From contig JAISPY010000120.1 in assembly GCA_031274565.1 (NCBI GenBank), forward strand, positions 1 through 31,830: a stretch of 31,830 bases of DNA. Direction: 5' to 3'. A program made the position numbers and the translations under genes. Below the pieces are notes generated by a model that did not search any database, was not told where the DNA came from, and saw only the letters and a program-made list of their open reading frames with translations. The number at the start of each line of letters is the position of its first letter. Within the stretch, counting starts at the first letter, position 1. Origin of the DNA: Treponema sp. Lineage in GTDB: Bacteria > Spirochaetota > Spirochaetia > Treponematales > Breznakiellaceae. This document shows, one piece after another, positions 18,643-27,541 of the stretch.

Positions 18643-19536
18643 ATGGAAGACCAGGCTGAAAAACTACGGGAAATAATGCGTAAAAAGAACGATTTCCAGG
18701 AGAAATCGAAACCGGCAAAGCCCAAGGAAGTCAAGAGAACCCGGATCATTACCGTTACCAGCGGCAAGGGGGGGGTGGGAAAGACCAGTATATCCGTCAA
18801 TATGGCCCTGGCCTATGCCCGTTTGGGGAAGAAAGTGGTGGTCATGGACGCGGATTTAGGGCTTGCCAATGTAAACGTCATCCTCAACACCCAACCTAAA
18901 TTTAACCTGTACCATGTGATGCGTAAGCAGAAAACCATGAAGGAAATCCTCTGGGAAACCGATTACGGCATCTCCATTGTGGCCGGGGCTTCAGGGCTTT
19001 CCAAGATAGCCAACCTGACCGAGGATGAGCGGCAGTATTTCATCAATGAATTAGATTCCCTCTCTGAGGCAGATATTATTATCATTGATACCAGCGCCGG
19101 AGTTTCCAGTAATGTGCTCGATTTTATCGCCGCCGCGGACGATGCGGTGATCATCGCGACTCCGGAGCCGACGGCCATTACTGATGCCTACGGGATCACC
19201 AAGATAATCGCCACTGAATATGAAAGCCTTGATATGGGACTTAAACTGGTGGTGAACCGGGTAAAGAGCGTGGCCGAGGCAAAGAAGGTGGCAGACCGGC
19301 TCACCCAGATTGCCGGTCAATTTCTCAATCTGAGAATCGATTACTTGGGGTTTATTTACGATGATATTACGGTCGCTCAGTCGGTGCTGCGGCAGAAGCC
19401 ATTCCTCGTGCTGGACCCTAAGTGTAGGGCCTCGCTCTGTGTGCAGCATATCGCGGAGCGTATGGAAAAGCATGAGGTTCGGAAAGAAAATGATGGGTTT
19501 GCCGCCATGATTCGGCGGCTTTTTGGGCGGGCATAG
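18643..19536 (+). CDS. flhG: MinD-like ATPase FlhG (FleN/YlxH)
   Basis: MEDQAEKLRE N-terminal activator helix, SGKGGVGKT deviant Walker A, DADLGLAN and PEPTAITDAY motifs. ATG 18643 with GGAG SD. Confidence 0.95.
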   Translation: MEDQAEKLREIMRKKNDFQEKSKPAKPKEVKRTRIITVTSGKGGVGKTSISVNMALAYARLGKKVVVMDADLGLANVNVILNTQPKFNLYHVMRKQKTMKEILWETDYGISIVAGASGLSKIANLTEDERQYFINELDSLSEADIIIIDTSAGVSSNVLDFIAAADDAVIIATPEPTAITDAYGITKIIATEYESLDMGLKLVVNRVKSVAEAKKVADRLTQIAGQFLNLRIDYLGFIYDDITVAQSVLRQKPFLVLDPKCRASLCVQHIAERMEKHEVRKENDGFAAMIRRLFGRA

Positions 19537-19577
19537 GGCTTGTAAGCAGGGTAAAAAAAGAAGGGTGGAGTACCACA

Positions 19578-20189
19578 GTGCGTAAGGTAAAGGTAAATGG
19601 CATTGCCGGGGGCGTGGGGTTTATGCTGTCGCTTTTGATCGGGCTTATCAGCGGCGGTGGCTTTCTGATTGTCCTCATACGGGCGCTTGGTTTTGGCGTG
19701 GGGTTCTTGGTATTGACGGAGATTTTCCAGAGGCTTATCAGTACCTTTTTACCGGAACTGCTTAACCCGGATGCCCCTGAATCAACGGTACGGAGGGATG
19801 CTCCAGGTTCCCGAGTCGATATTTCCGTGGAAGATACGGAACATGAGAAATCTACTGATTGGTTCGACAAAGTAACGCAAGGGAATGACGCTTCACCCAC
19901 ATCCAATGCGGAGCTGGATCAGGACCACGGAAAAGACTATACTCAAGAAGAAAGGACGGAAGCGGTGCCAGGAGCTCCTTTCGGGTTTGTGCCTTCGGCG
20001 CCGGTACCTGCTGATTCGCTGTTTGCGGCGGCTGCCCAAAGGGTGGATCCGTTTCTTGCAACTGCGGATCAAGACGGAGCAGAAGCGTCGAAAAAAGCGC
20101 AGAATCCGGGTAAGGAACTAATCACCGGAAAGAATCTGGATCCGAGAAAAATGGCGTCCGCGATACAGACCATATTAAAACAGGCATAA
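19578..20189 (+). CDS. Hypothetical membrane protein: two N-terminal TMs, acidic disordered linker, short C-terminal helix
   Basis: GTG with GGAG SD, hydrophobic N-terminal ~55 aa, tightly packed between flhG and fliA. Confidence 0.8.
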   Translation: MRKVKVNGIAGGVGFMLSLLIGLISGGGFLIVLIRALGFGVGFLVLTEIFQRLISTFLPELLNPDAPESTVRRDAPGSRVDISVEDTEHEKSTDWFDKVTQGNDASPTSNAELDQDHGKDYTQEERTEAVPGAPFGFVPSAPVPADSLFAAAAQRVDPFLATADQDGAEASKKAQNPGKELITGKNLDPRKMASAIQTILKQA

Positions 20190-20200
20190 GGGGATAGGCT

Positions 20201-20989
20201 ATGGGGAATGTCCCCCTGGAACAAAGAAAAGAAGATGAGCTTTGGGTGGAATACCGCCGAAACCGGGATGCGAAGATTCGGGAACATTTTATTAAACAGT
20301 ATGCCCCTTTGGTGAAGTATGTGGCCGGTAAGGTTGCGATTGGTATGCCCCATAATGTGGAGTTTGATGACCTGGTAGGGTACGGGACGTTCGGCCTCTT
20401 AGACGCTATCGAAAAATTTGATCCTGAAAAGGGCGTTAAATTTAAAACCTATGCGGTAACCCGCATCCGGGGGGCCATTTTCGATGAACTCCGCTCCATA
20501 GATTGGGTCCCCCGGTCGGTCCGGCAGAAGACGCGGGAAGTGGAGGAGGCCATAGGCTCCCTGGAGGCGCAGCTCGGCAGAACCGCCACGGATCACGAGA
20601 TTGCCGGTTCCTTGGGTATGAATGAAGGTGAATACCTCAAAACCATGATGAAGATATCCGGGACTTCGATCCTGTCTTTGAACGACGTGTGGTTTTCAGG
20701 GGATGAAAACGATAAGGTTTCTATAGGGGACAGCATTGAGGCCCCTACCAGTCTTAATCCTGATGTGATTGTGGAGAAAGATGAGATCCGCCGGGTTATT
20801 GTGGAGCATATCAATGAACTACCGGACAAAGAAAAGAAGATATTAGTGTTGTATTACTATGAGGATCTGACTTTGAAAGAGATAGGGCAGGTATTGGAAG
20901 TAACCGAATCCCGGGTATCCCAGTTGCATACCAAGGCAATACTCAGGCTGAGGGCGAAACTGACGAATATCCGTAAAGGAATTGTATAA
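20201..20989 (+). CDS. fliA: RNA polymerase sigma28 factor (FliA/WhiG)
   Basis: [23 protein letters not shown]...[29 protein letters not shown] and [27 protein letters not shown]. Confidence 0.97.
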   Translation: MGNVPLEQRKEDELWVEYRRNRDAKIREHFIKQYAPLVKYVAGKVAIGMPHNVEFDDLVGYGTFGLLDAIEKFDPEKGVKFKTYAVTRIRGAIFDELRSIDWVPRSVRQKTREVEEAIGSLEAQLGRTATDHEIAGSLGMNEGEYLKTMMKISGTSILSLNDVWFSGDENDKVSIGDSIEAPTSLNPDVIVEKDEIRRVIVEHINELPDKEKKILVLYYYEDLTLKEIGQVLEVTESRVSQLHTKAILRLRAKLTNIRKGIV

Positions 20990-21028
20990 TCGGGGCAGGG
21001 AACGGAGAAAAAGGGAAAAGGGGGGAAC

Positions 21029-22987
21029 ATGGTTGATTTTGTCCAGATTCAAGCGATCATGAAACACCGTTTGCTGGAGGATAGGGCTATCAGGGCGGTT
21101 AATACCGAAGGACCTACTCTGGAAGCGGCGGTGGGGGAAGCGGCTACCCTGCTCAATCTGCCGCTTAAACGGATCGAATATGAAATCATCGGAAAAGGAT
21201 TTTCCGGGGTCTTAGGGGTCGGTAAGAAAGACTGGAAAATTCGGGCCTACCAGAAATTGGTCACTGAGCAATATACCGCAGTGGCATCAGTTTTGGCAAG
21301 CGCCGATACGGAAACTGCCGCTCCGGTTATCGTGGATAAGGACGGAGAGGTTTTTGTGCGCCTGGACGACGATGGGGCAAAACTCAAGGTGCGCGCTCCG
21401 GTGATGAACGGGAAGCGGGTAACCCGGGGAGAGGCTATGCGAGCCCTCACCGCCAAGGGGGTTACCGAAATTGACGAGGATCTGGTCACCACCGTGGTCA
21501 ACGAGGCGCAGGGCATCTATATTCGGGTCGGCAGTTTCAAGCGCAAATACACCAACGATAGTATGATTTCCGTGAGCATTACGGATCAAGATATGAAGGC
21601 CTTTATAACCCTGGTGCCTCCAGGTCCGGGAGGCATTGATATGTCTTTTGAGACCATTATGCGGGTATTGCGGGATAATCGGGTGGTATACGGCATTAAG
21701 GAAGATTTTCTGCAGGATTTTGTGGACCGTCCTACCTATCGAATGCCAATCCTCGTGGCTGAGGGCAGTCAGGCGGTGAACGGCAAGGATGCCTACATAG
21801 AATACTTCTTTAAAACTACCGCAAAGAAAGGTCCCCTCCGGGAAGGTACTGACGGCAGGGTCGATTTCAGGGATATTAATACGATCCAGAATGTGGTTAA
21901 AGACCAGCCCTTGGCAAAAAAAATTCCTCCTCAAGAAGGGAGCGTGGGCAGAACCGTGATCGGAGGGTATCTTCCGGCTAAACCAGGCAATGATATTGAG
22001 ATTCCTCTGGGTAGCAATGTCCGGCTTGGTGACGATCGGGCCACGATTATTTCAAATATCAATGGCCAAGCCATGCTCGCATCCGGGACGATCAGTGTGG
22101 AACCGGTATACATGGTCCAGGGTAATGTGAATCTCAAAACCGGGAATATTATCTTCCTGGGTACGGTGATTGTTACCGGTAATGTGGAAGACGGCTTTTC
22201 AGTCAAAGCCCAGGGAAATATCGAGGTGAAAGGTTCCGTTGAAAAGGCGGACTTGGAAGCCGAAGGGGACATCATCGTCCAGAAGGGTATTACGGGACGC
22301 AATACCGGTACGGTGAAGGCAGGAAAGTCGGTGTATGCTCGGTTTGTTGAAAACGCGGTGATTGAGGCGGGGAATATGGTGATTGTGTCGGACGGCATCA
22401 TCAATTCCCGGGTGGATGCGCTGAAGCGGATCGTCTGTAAGGGTAAACGGGCCACCATCGTCGGCGGGCACCTGCGGGCGGCTGAAGAAATTAACGCCAA
22501 GATCATAGGCAGTGCTGCCAGCAATACGGAAACGATCTGTGAAGTCGGCGTCGATCCCAAGAGCAAGAAACAGCTCGATACCCTCACCGAGAATAAGGCG
22601 ATCCGGGAAAAAGAAATCGAGGAAATTAAGCTTAATTTCCAGACCCTCAACAATATTTTACAACAACGCAAATCCCTTCCTGATGATAAAGAACTCCAGA
22701 TGAAGGAACTCATGGAGCATCACCGGGCGCTCTTGGCGGAGATAAAGGAAATAGACGAAGAACTCGATATAATACAAGAACGGATTAACAGCGTCAAGAT
22801 CCGGGGACGGGTCTCCGCATCAGAGAAGGTATTCCCGGGGGTTAAAGTCATAATCCGGGATGTGGTGGAGACGGTGAAAAATGAATACCGGGCAACTACG
22901 TTCATTCTTGAAAATGATCTCATACGGGTGACTAAGTATGAAGAACCTGACGAAGAGGCAAAGAAACCTCCGGCAGGTTATGGATGA
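21029..22987 (+). CDS. fapA: FapA (DUF342) family flagellar assembly protein with a Jag_N-like N-terminal domain
   Basis: DGRVDFR, VKDQPLAKKIPPQEG, GNVNLKTGNIIFLGTVIVTGNV beta-helix, GGHLRAAEEINAKIIG...T.ICEVG, C-terminal coiled coil. Confidence 0.85.
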   Translation: MVDFVQIQAIMKHRLLEDRAIRAVNTEGPTLEAAVGEAATLLNLPLKRIEYEIIGKGFSGVLGVGKKDWKIRAYQKLVTEQYTAVASVLASADTETAAPVIVDKDGEVFVRLDDDGAKLKVRAPVMNGKRVTRGEAMRALTAKGVTEIDEDLVTTVVNEAQGIYIRVGSFKRKYTNDSMISVSITDQDMKAFITLVPPGPGGIDMSFETIMRVLRDNRVVYGIKEDFLQDFVDRPTYRMPILVAEGSQAVNGKDAYIEYFFKTTAKKGPLREGTDGRVDFRDINTIQNVVKDQPLAKKIPPQEGSVGRTVIGGYLPAKPGNDIEIPLGSNVRLGDDRATIISNINGQAMLASGTISVEPVYMVQGNVNLKTGNIIFLGTVIVTGNVEDGFSVKAQGNIEVKGSVEKADLEAEGDIIVQKGITGRNTGTVKAGKSVYARFVENAVIEAGNMVIVSDGIINSRVDALKRIVCKGKRATIVGGHLRAAEEINAKIIGSAASNTETICEVGVDPKSKKQLDTLTENKAIREKEIEEIKLNFQTLNNILQQRKSLPDDKELQMKELMEHHRALLAEIKEIDEELDIIQERINSVKIRGRVSASEKVFPGVKVIIRDVVETVKNEYRATTFILENDLIRVTKYEEPDEEAKKPPAGYG

Positions 22988-23029
22988 ACATAGCTATCCC
23001 GACGAAAGAAGCGGCAGGAGGAGGTTCTG

Positions 23030-23371
23030 ATGGCTATACAGTCGATTGATCTGCAGACCATGTTCGGCCAGCTCGAGAAGGTCGGTAAAATCCAAGCCGT
23101 TCAGCGGGAAGGTTTTGCGATTCAGCAAGCCCTGCAGGGGATTCAAATACAAAAAAAAGTGGAAGAACAGCTCCAATCGATCAATGAGACCCAAAATACC
23201 GGAGAGGGCGCTACAGGGGTGCATGATCGCCATGCCCGCAAGCAGCCGGGAGAGGATTCGGCGAAGCATCAAGAAGCGGAGGGAAATGCCGAAAAGCAGG
23301 GCACTGAAAAACGACCGGTTTCCATAGTACGGGATCCGGCCTTAGGAAAAAATATTGATATAAATGGGTAG
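23030..23371 (+). CDS. Small Gln-rich hypothetical protein of the flagellar operon tail
   Basis: Strong SD GGAGGAGG. N-terminus MAIQSIDLQ, Gln-rich helix, C-terminus DPALGKNIDING. Confidence 0.8.
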   Translation: MAIQSIDLQTMFGQLEKVGKIQAVQREGFAIQQALQGIQIQKKVEEQLQSINETQNTGEGATGVHDRHARKQPGEDSAKHQEAEGNAEKQGTEKRPVSIVRDPALGKNIDING

Positions 23372-23403
23372 GGTCCCGGTTGTTTAGGGGCCGAGGTGGG
23401 TGT

Positions 23404-24057
23404 ATGTATGTGTCCATGGTGCTTTCCGCAGGGAGTCTTATTGCCTGTGTTTTCTTTTTTATCTATTGTAAGGCCTATCTTAGGCGCAGAACCGGACCGG
23501 ACCGGATTCTCGCGGAATTCCGGGAAGAGGTCTATAAACTGATTGCCGAAATCGACGCGGCCACGGACAAAGACGCCCTCTTGGTAGAAGAGCGGATAAA
23601 AACCCTCCGGAACCTGTTAGAAGAGGTGGATAAGCGTATTAGTGTGCATATCCGAGAAGTGAATCGGCGGCAATTCCAGGAAGAAGCATACGCCGAATTA
23701 GGCAGGAAACGGGGCATGACCGGACCGTTTCCCTCAGTGATCCAGCCCTTTTCCGGTTCTTTTCCGAAGACTACGGAGGAAGCGGAGGTCCAAAAAGCAG
23801 AAGCTGCGGAAAAAGAGAGCGCCGCCGTGGTGGGCTTCACTGCTCCGGGAGACCGCAAGCCGCTCTCCTCGCAGCGGGAACATCGAGGACCCCGCATCGT
23901 GCAGACCCAACGGGAAATAGTGCCGAAACCCCTGCCTTTTGCGGAACAGGTCGCGGAATTATCCAAAGCAGGTCTTTCCGCGAGTTTGATTGCCGCACGG
24001 CTGGGGGTTAGCATCTCCGAGGTGGAACTGGCCATCGCCATTGCCGAACACTCATAG
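23404..24057 (+). CDS. Single-pass membrane protein with coiled coil and C-terminal HTH-like motif (DUF6115/SwrB-like architecture)
   Basis: TM (VLSAGSLIACVFFFIYC), coiled coil, tail QVAELSKAGLSASLIAARLGVSISEVELAI. ATG 23404 chosen from SD GAGG. Family assignment is inferred. Confidence 0.7.
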   Translation: MYVSMVLSAGSLIACVFFFIYCKAYLRRRTGPDRILAEFREEVYKLIAEIDAATDKDALLVEERIKTLRNLLEEVDKRISVHIREVNRRQFQEEAYAELGRKRGMTGPFPSVIQPFSGSFPKTTEEAEVQKAEAAEKESAAVVGFTAPGDRKPLSSQREHRGPRIVQTQREIVPKPLPFAEQVAELSKAGLSASLIAARLGVSISEVELAIAIAEHS

Positions 24058-24741
24058 GGGTCCTATGGCGGTACCCACAAAGGGTTCCCCTTGCAGGATT
24101 TTTTTGAGGTTTTCCAGGTTGCGCCCTGCAGCGCAGATCACGAGCAGACCGAGTTGCGCCGCGTGCCTGCTTGCCACCGGGTCAAAGGGAACGTTCTTCC
24201 CGGGCGTCCAGGCGTCCCCCACCAGGGCGCGGAACGCTGCCCAGCTTAGGGTGTCAAGGGGTTTGGCATCAGGATTGGTCCGGGGATCATCCGTATAGAC
24301 CTGTTCAATGTTGGATAAATTGATCACCCTATCAGCCTTGAACCGTTCCGCGAGGAGTACCGCATCATAATCAGAGGAGAATCCTGGTTTCCAGCCTGCC
24401 GCCACCAGTACGCGGCCTTCAAATACCGCCTGGGTTGGATCCGTTACCACTGCTTGGGTACACCAGGCGCCGCATATCCCCCGGATGAGTTCCGCATTGA
24501 GCCGGGTCGCCATGATGCCAATCCAATCGGCCTGCTCAGGGGAAACGGCGGTCCCGGATAGAACCCGGTAGGCCTGCTGCCAGGTCCGGGCAGGTCCGCC
24601 TCCGCCCACCACGAAAATAAACCGGCGCTCTGGATCCTGGGCTAACAGGGTTTTGATGAGGGAAATGAAATCCTTCAAAAAAGGCGCATCCACCGTATCG
24701 GGGGCTACAATAGAGCCGCCCAGGGAAATGACGGTAATCAT
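24052..24741 (-). CDS. pyrH: UMP kinase, archaeal/spirochaete type
   Basis: VISLGGSIV, VVGGGGPAR, DWIGIMATRLNAELI, GWKPGFSSDYDAVLLA, NLSNIEQVYTDDPR and PGKNVPFDPVA motifs. Confidence 0.92.
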   Translation of the reverse strand: MITVISLGGSIVAPDTVDAPFLKDFISLIKTLLAQDPERRFIFVVGGGGPARTWQQAYRVLSGTAVSPEQADWIGIMATRLNAELIRGICGAWCTQAVVTDPTQAVFEGRVLVAAGWKPGFSSDYDAVLLAERFKADRVINLSNIEQVYTDDPRTNPDAKPLDTLSWAAFRALVGDAWTPGKNVPFDPVASRHAAQLGLLVICAAGRNLENLKKILQGEPFVGTAIGPL

Positions 24742-24784
24742 TATGGTTCCTTTTACGCTCCTTCAAATGGTATGGTATCGAACG

Positions 24785-26428
24785 TTATTGTATATACATA
24801 CCCGTAATGGTAATATCGCTCCAGAGGGAAGAATAGGAGGCTAAGTCGCCAATCGCTTCTTCCCAGAGATTTTGTAGGGCATAATCCCGGTTACGCACCG
24901 TAATCCTGCCCCGGGGATCCATCTGAGAAAGGGACCCCTGGCCCCGGGAAAAGGCGATCCGCTGGTTATCCAGATTGCCGAAATAGTAAACCCCTGGATC
25001 AGGGGGCAGATTAAAGTCCTCGGGAGCCGCCGCTGCTCCCAGGCTGGGATCCACCGGTATCCAGCCGAATCCCTCAATCCAGAATTCCGCCCAGTAATGA
25101 CGGCTGGATGAGCGGCTGCGGTTTATAAGCACCCCGGAAACCGGAATGGCCGGTATAGCCACCGCTCGGGCCAGGGCGCAGAAGAGGAGTACTCCCGAAT
25201 AGGCATCCGCCTGTTTTTCCGCGAGCGCTTCCAGGGCGCTGTTATGGAGCGGGGTCTTCTGGATTCCCCCGGCATTGATGAGCCATTCGTATAGTTTCCG
25301 GGCTTTTTCATAGGGATTCCGCTCTCTGCCGACGATGTCATTCGCTGCCCCAGCCACCGCAGGATTATCCGAAGGGATAAGCCCGGAAGGAAGGGTATAT
25401 ACCGTGGGAATCGGGGAGTCTCCGGCCGGGCGAATGGACTGGCTCCTCAGGGTGGTTTCCAGGGCGTACACATCAACCACGTAGGATAGGCTTATACGGA
25501 CACTGGTATGGGCGACCAGATCGGTTAATTGAAAGAGGGTGGTTCCCTGGTAATTTTCCGCAAAAGGTTCCCGGTTGCGGGACAAGAGGGTAACCTGCCG
25601 CTGGGAAGCGGAACTAACCGGATGAGGAACCCAAAGGTACAAGGTATTGGGGACCTCCGCCTCCTGGACCTGGATATCCACCGTATAGGCAATGGTGTAG
25701 CTCCGTTTTTCTTTGAAGGTTTTGGTCCCCGGCTTGCCGGTAACCGTAAAGGAGACCGGCTTGGAAGTTCCCCGGCCGGTCCGCACGAGGAGATCCCCGC
25801 TTACCGCGCCGTCAGGAACCCGCAGGCGGATCTCCCGATCGCTCCACAGCTCATAGCCGAATTCCATCTCGAAAACCTCTACCACTTCCGGTTCTGCGGT
25901 TTCAATGGGCGCTCCGGGGGAGGGTTCGGCATTCCAGGTGAAGAACACCCCGCTTTTTTCCCGGGAAGCACCGAAGCCGCTTCCCTGGATGGTTATGAGG
26001 GAGCCTATGGAACCGGATTCAGGTTTTACCGAGCTGATGAGGGGTTCCCTACCGACATTCGGGTTTTGTACCAACTCCGGCATGGCCGCCCGGTTTGAAA
26101 ATAACAGGGGATTACTCTTCATGCCCTCCCGATGTACATATACCAGCCCAGATGCGCCAAATTCCGGGATCCGCAGGGTGATGCGATCATCCTGCCAGCT
26201 CAGGTATGAGGAGGTGGTCGGGGGAATACCCGCAATGGTGATGTAGGATGCATCCCGTTCAGCCCCAAACTTACTCCCTACAATGGTGAGGACCTCTCCG
26301 CTCATGCCTATCCGGGGATTCAGGGAGACAATAACCGGGGCGTCTCCCTTACAGGAAGAAAAAACCGCCCAGAGCCAAGGCAAAAACAGCACATACCAGG
26401 CCCCTGTATGCTTAGAACGGAGTCTCAT
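24785..26428 (-). CDS. Predicted lipoprotein: two IPT/TIG domains plus transglutaminase-like domain lacking the catalytic Cys
   Basis: Signal ending FSS-C26. IPT repeats PVIVSLNPRIGMSGEVLTIVGSKFG and PLISSVKPESGSIGSLITIQGSGFG. TG-fold motifs ADAYSGVLLFCALARAVAIPA, HYWAEFW and GWIPVDP. ATG 26428 preferred over 26488 for signal-peptide geometry. Confidence 0.8.
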   Translation of the reverse strand: MRLRSKHTGAWYVLFLPWLWAVFSSCKGDAPVIVSLNPRIGMSGEVLTIVGSKFGAERDASYITIAGIPPTTSSYLSWQDDRITLRIPEFGASGLVYVHREGMKSNPLLFSNRAAMPELVQNPNVGREPLISSVKPESGSIGSLITIQGSGFGASREKSGVFFTWNAEPSPGAPIETAEPEVVEVFEMEFGYELWSDREIRLRVPDGAVSGDLLVRTGRGTSKPVSFTVTGKPGTKTFKEKRSYTIAYTVDIQVQEAEVPNTLYLWVPHPVSSASQRQVTLLSRNREPFAENYQGTTLFQLTDLVAHTSVRISLSYVVDVYALETTLRSQSIRPAGDSPIPTVYTLPSGLIPSDNPAVAGAANDIVGRERNPYEKARKLYEWLINAGGIQKTPLHNSALEALAEKQADAYSGVLLFCALARAVAIPAIPVSGVLINRSRSSSRHYWAEFWIEGFGWIPVDPSLGAAAAPEDFNLPPDPGVYYFGNLDNQRIAFSRGQGSLSQMDPRGRITVRNRDYALQNLWEEAIGDLASYSSLWSDITITGMYIQ

Positions 26429-26981
26429 CACTTTGTTTGGGAGGAGCCGTATCTCCCGGCGGCTCCTTGGCGGGAGGTTCCTGAGCATCGGGAAGTTCCG
26501 TTTGCTCTTTTGGGTAAGGATGTAATTCCAGTTGTATGACGATATGGGCCTCTTCTTCGGAATTCACTGAACCAAGGGGGAAGAAATAGATCCGTTCCCC
26601 GAATTCCAGGGGTATGGTCTGGATGGTTGTCTGATACTGGATGCCTTGGTTAGGAATATCCACCCATATCTGCCCCTGGGCGACTATCAAGAGCTTGTCC
26701 CCACGAAAATAGGGGGTGAATTGCACTGCCACCAAAATATTGGCGCCCACGAGCTTCAAGCTCACGGGCTTTCCCGGAATCGTAACCTTTGAATTGAAGG
26801 AATTCCAGACCTCCTCTTGGTTTTTCTCCACTACCCGGGCAATGATGTCGAAGACCACCGCCCGTTCTTTGAGACCCGGCAACAGTTCTTCCAGAGCAGG
26901 TTCTTGGGTCGCTCCCCCAGTAGCAAGCAACAACAGGCTGCCGAAGAGGGTTACTCGCCCTAAAAGCGCATGGGGTCTCAT
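26412..26981 (-). CDS. Exported hypothetical protein (signal peptide, beta-rich domain, Pro/Glu-rich tail)
   Basis: Hydrophobic N-terminus (LLGRVTLFGSLLLLATGGA). Overlaps both neighbours, suggesting translational coupling. Confidence 0.8.
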   Translation of the reverse strand: MRPHALLGRVTLFGSLLLLATGGATQEPALEELLPGLKERAVVFDIIARVVEKNQEEVWNSFNSKVTIPGKPVSLKLVGANILVAVQFTPYFRGDKLLIVAQGQIWVDIPNQGIQYQTTIQTIPLEFGERIYFFPLGSVNSEEEAHIVIQLELHPYPKEQTELPDAQEPPAKEPPGDTAPPKQSDETPF

Positions 26982-27541
26982 CGGCTTCCGGTTCTCCTAG
27001 AATAATCCGCAGCCCTCAGGATGGTTGGTTCCCCGGAACCGGAGAAATTGCTGGTTTCGGGAAGCCGTATGATCACCATATCCGTCATATCCTGATTTCC
27101 CAGGTATTGCAGCACCTCATGTATATCCGATGTGGGGATGATGCCCTGCATATGCATCAGCTCCCCGGAGGCCATGGTATCCTGCTGGGGCGGAGTCGCC
27201 GCAGGCTGTCGCAACAGGGTCAAGGCAAAGGCGATGATGAGGAACGCCGCCCCTGCAGCCACTGCCGGCAGGGGAACCGTAAAAGTACGGCGCCAGATGG
27301 TTTGGCTCCGTTTCCATCCCCAGGTTTTGGGTTCCCACTGGGCTATATGCTGCCACACCCGATCCTGTGCGACTGCCACGCCGATAGGCTGCTTCCCCAG
27401 GGCTTCCGAGCAGTTCCTGAACCGTTCAAGTTTGGCGCTGCATGCTGGACAGGATTGCAAGTGCAACTCCATTTTTTCTTTCCATGGAGCAGGAAGCTCC
27501 CGATCCAGGTATACCGACAGCATTTGATAATCAGGACACAT
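26978..27541 (-). CDS. Zinc-binding (ZAS / zf-HC2) membrane anti-sigma factor
   Basis: MCPD..MLSVYLDREL...HLQSCPAC (C...HxxxCxxC), one TM (LPAVAAGAAFLIIAFALTLL), directly after the ECF sigma. ATG 27541 with SD GAAGGA. Confidence 0.88.
   Translation of the reverse strand: MCPDYQMLSVYLDRELPAPWKEKMELHLQSCPACSAKLERFRNCSEALGKQPIGVAVAQDRVWQHIAQWEPKTWGWKRSQTIWRRTFTVPLPAVAAGAAFLIIAFALTLLRQPAATPPQQDTMASGELMHMQGIIPTSDIHEVLQYLGNQDMTDMVIIRLPETSNFSGSGEPTILRAADYSRRTGSR

Noticed and set aside
14841-22713. Long antisense ORFs (14841-15647, 16405-17052, 21287-21934, 21931-22713 and others)
   Set aside because: Shadows of flhB, flhA and fapA, with no SD or domain evidence.
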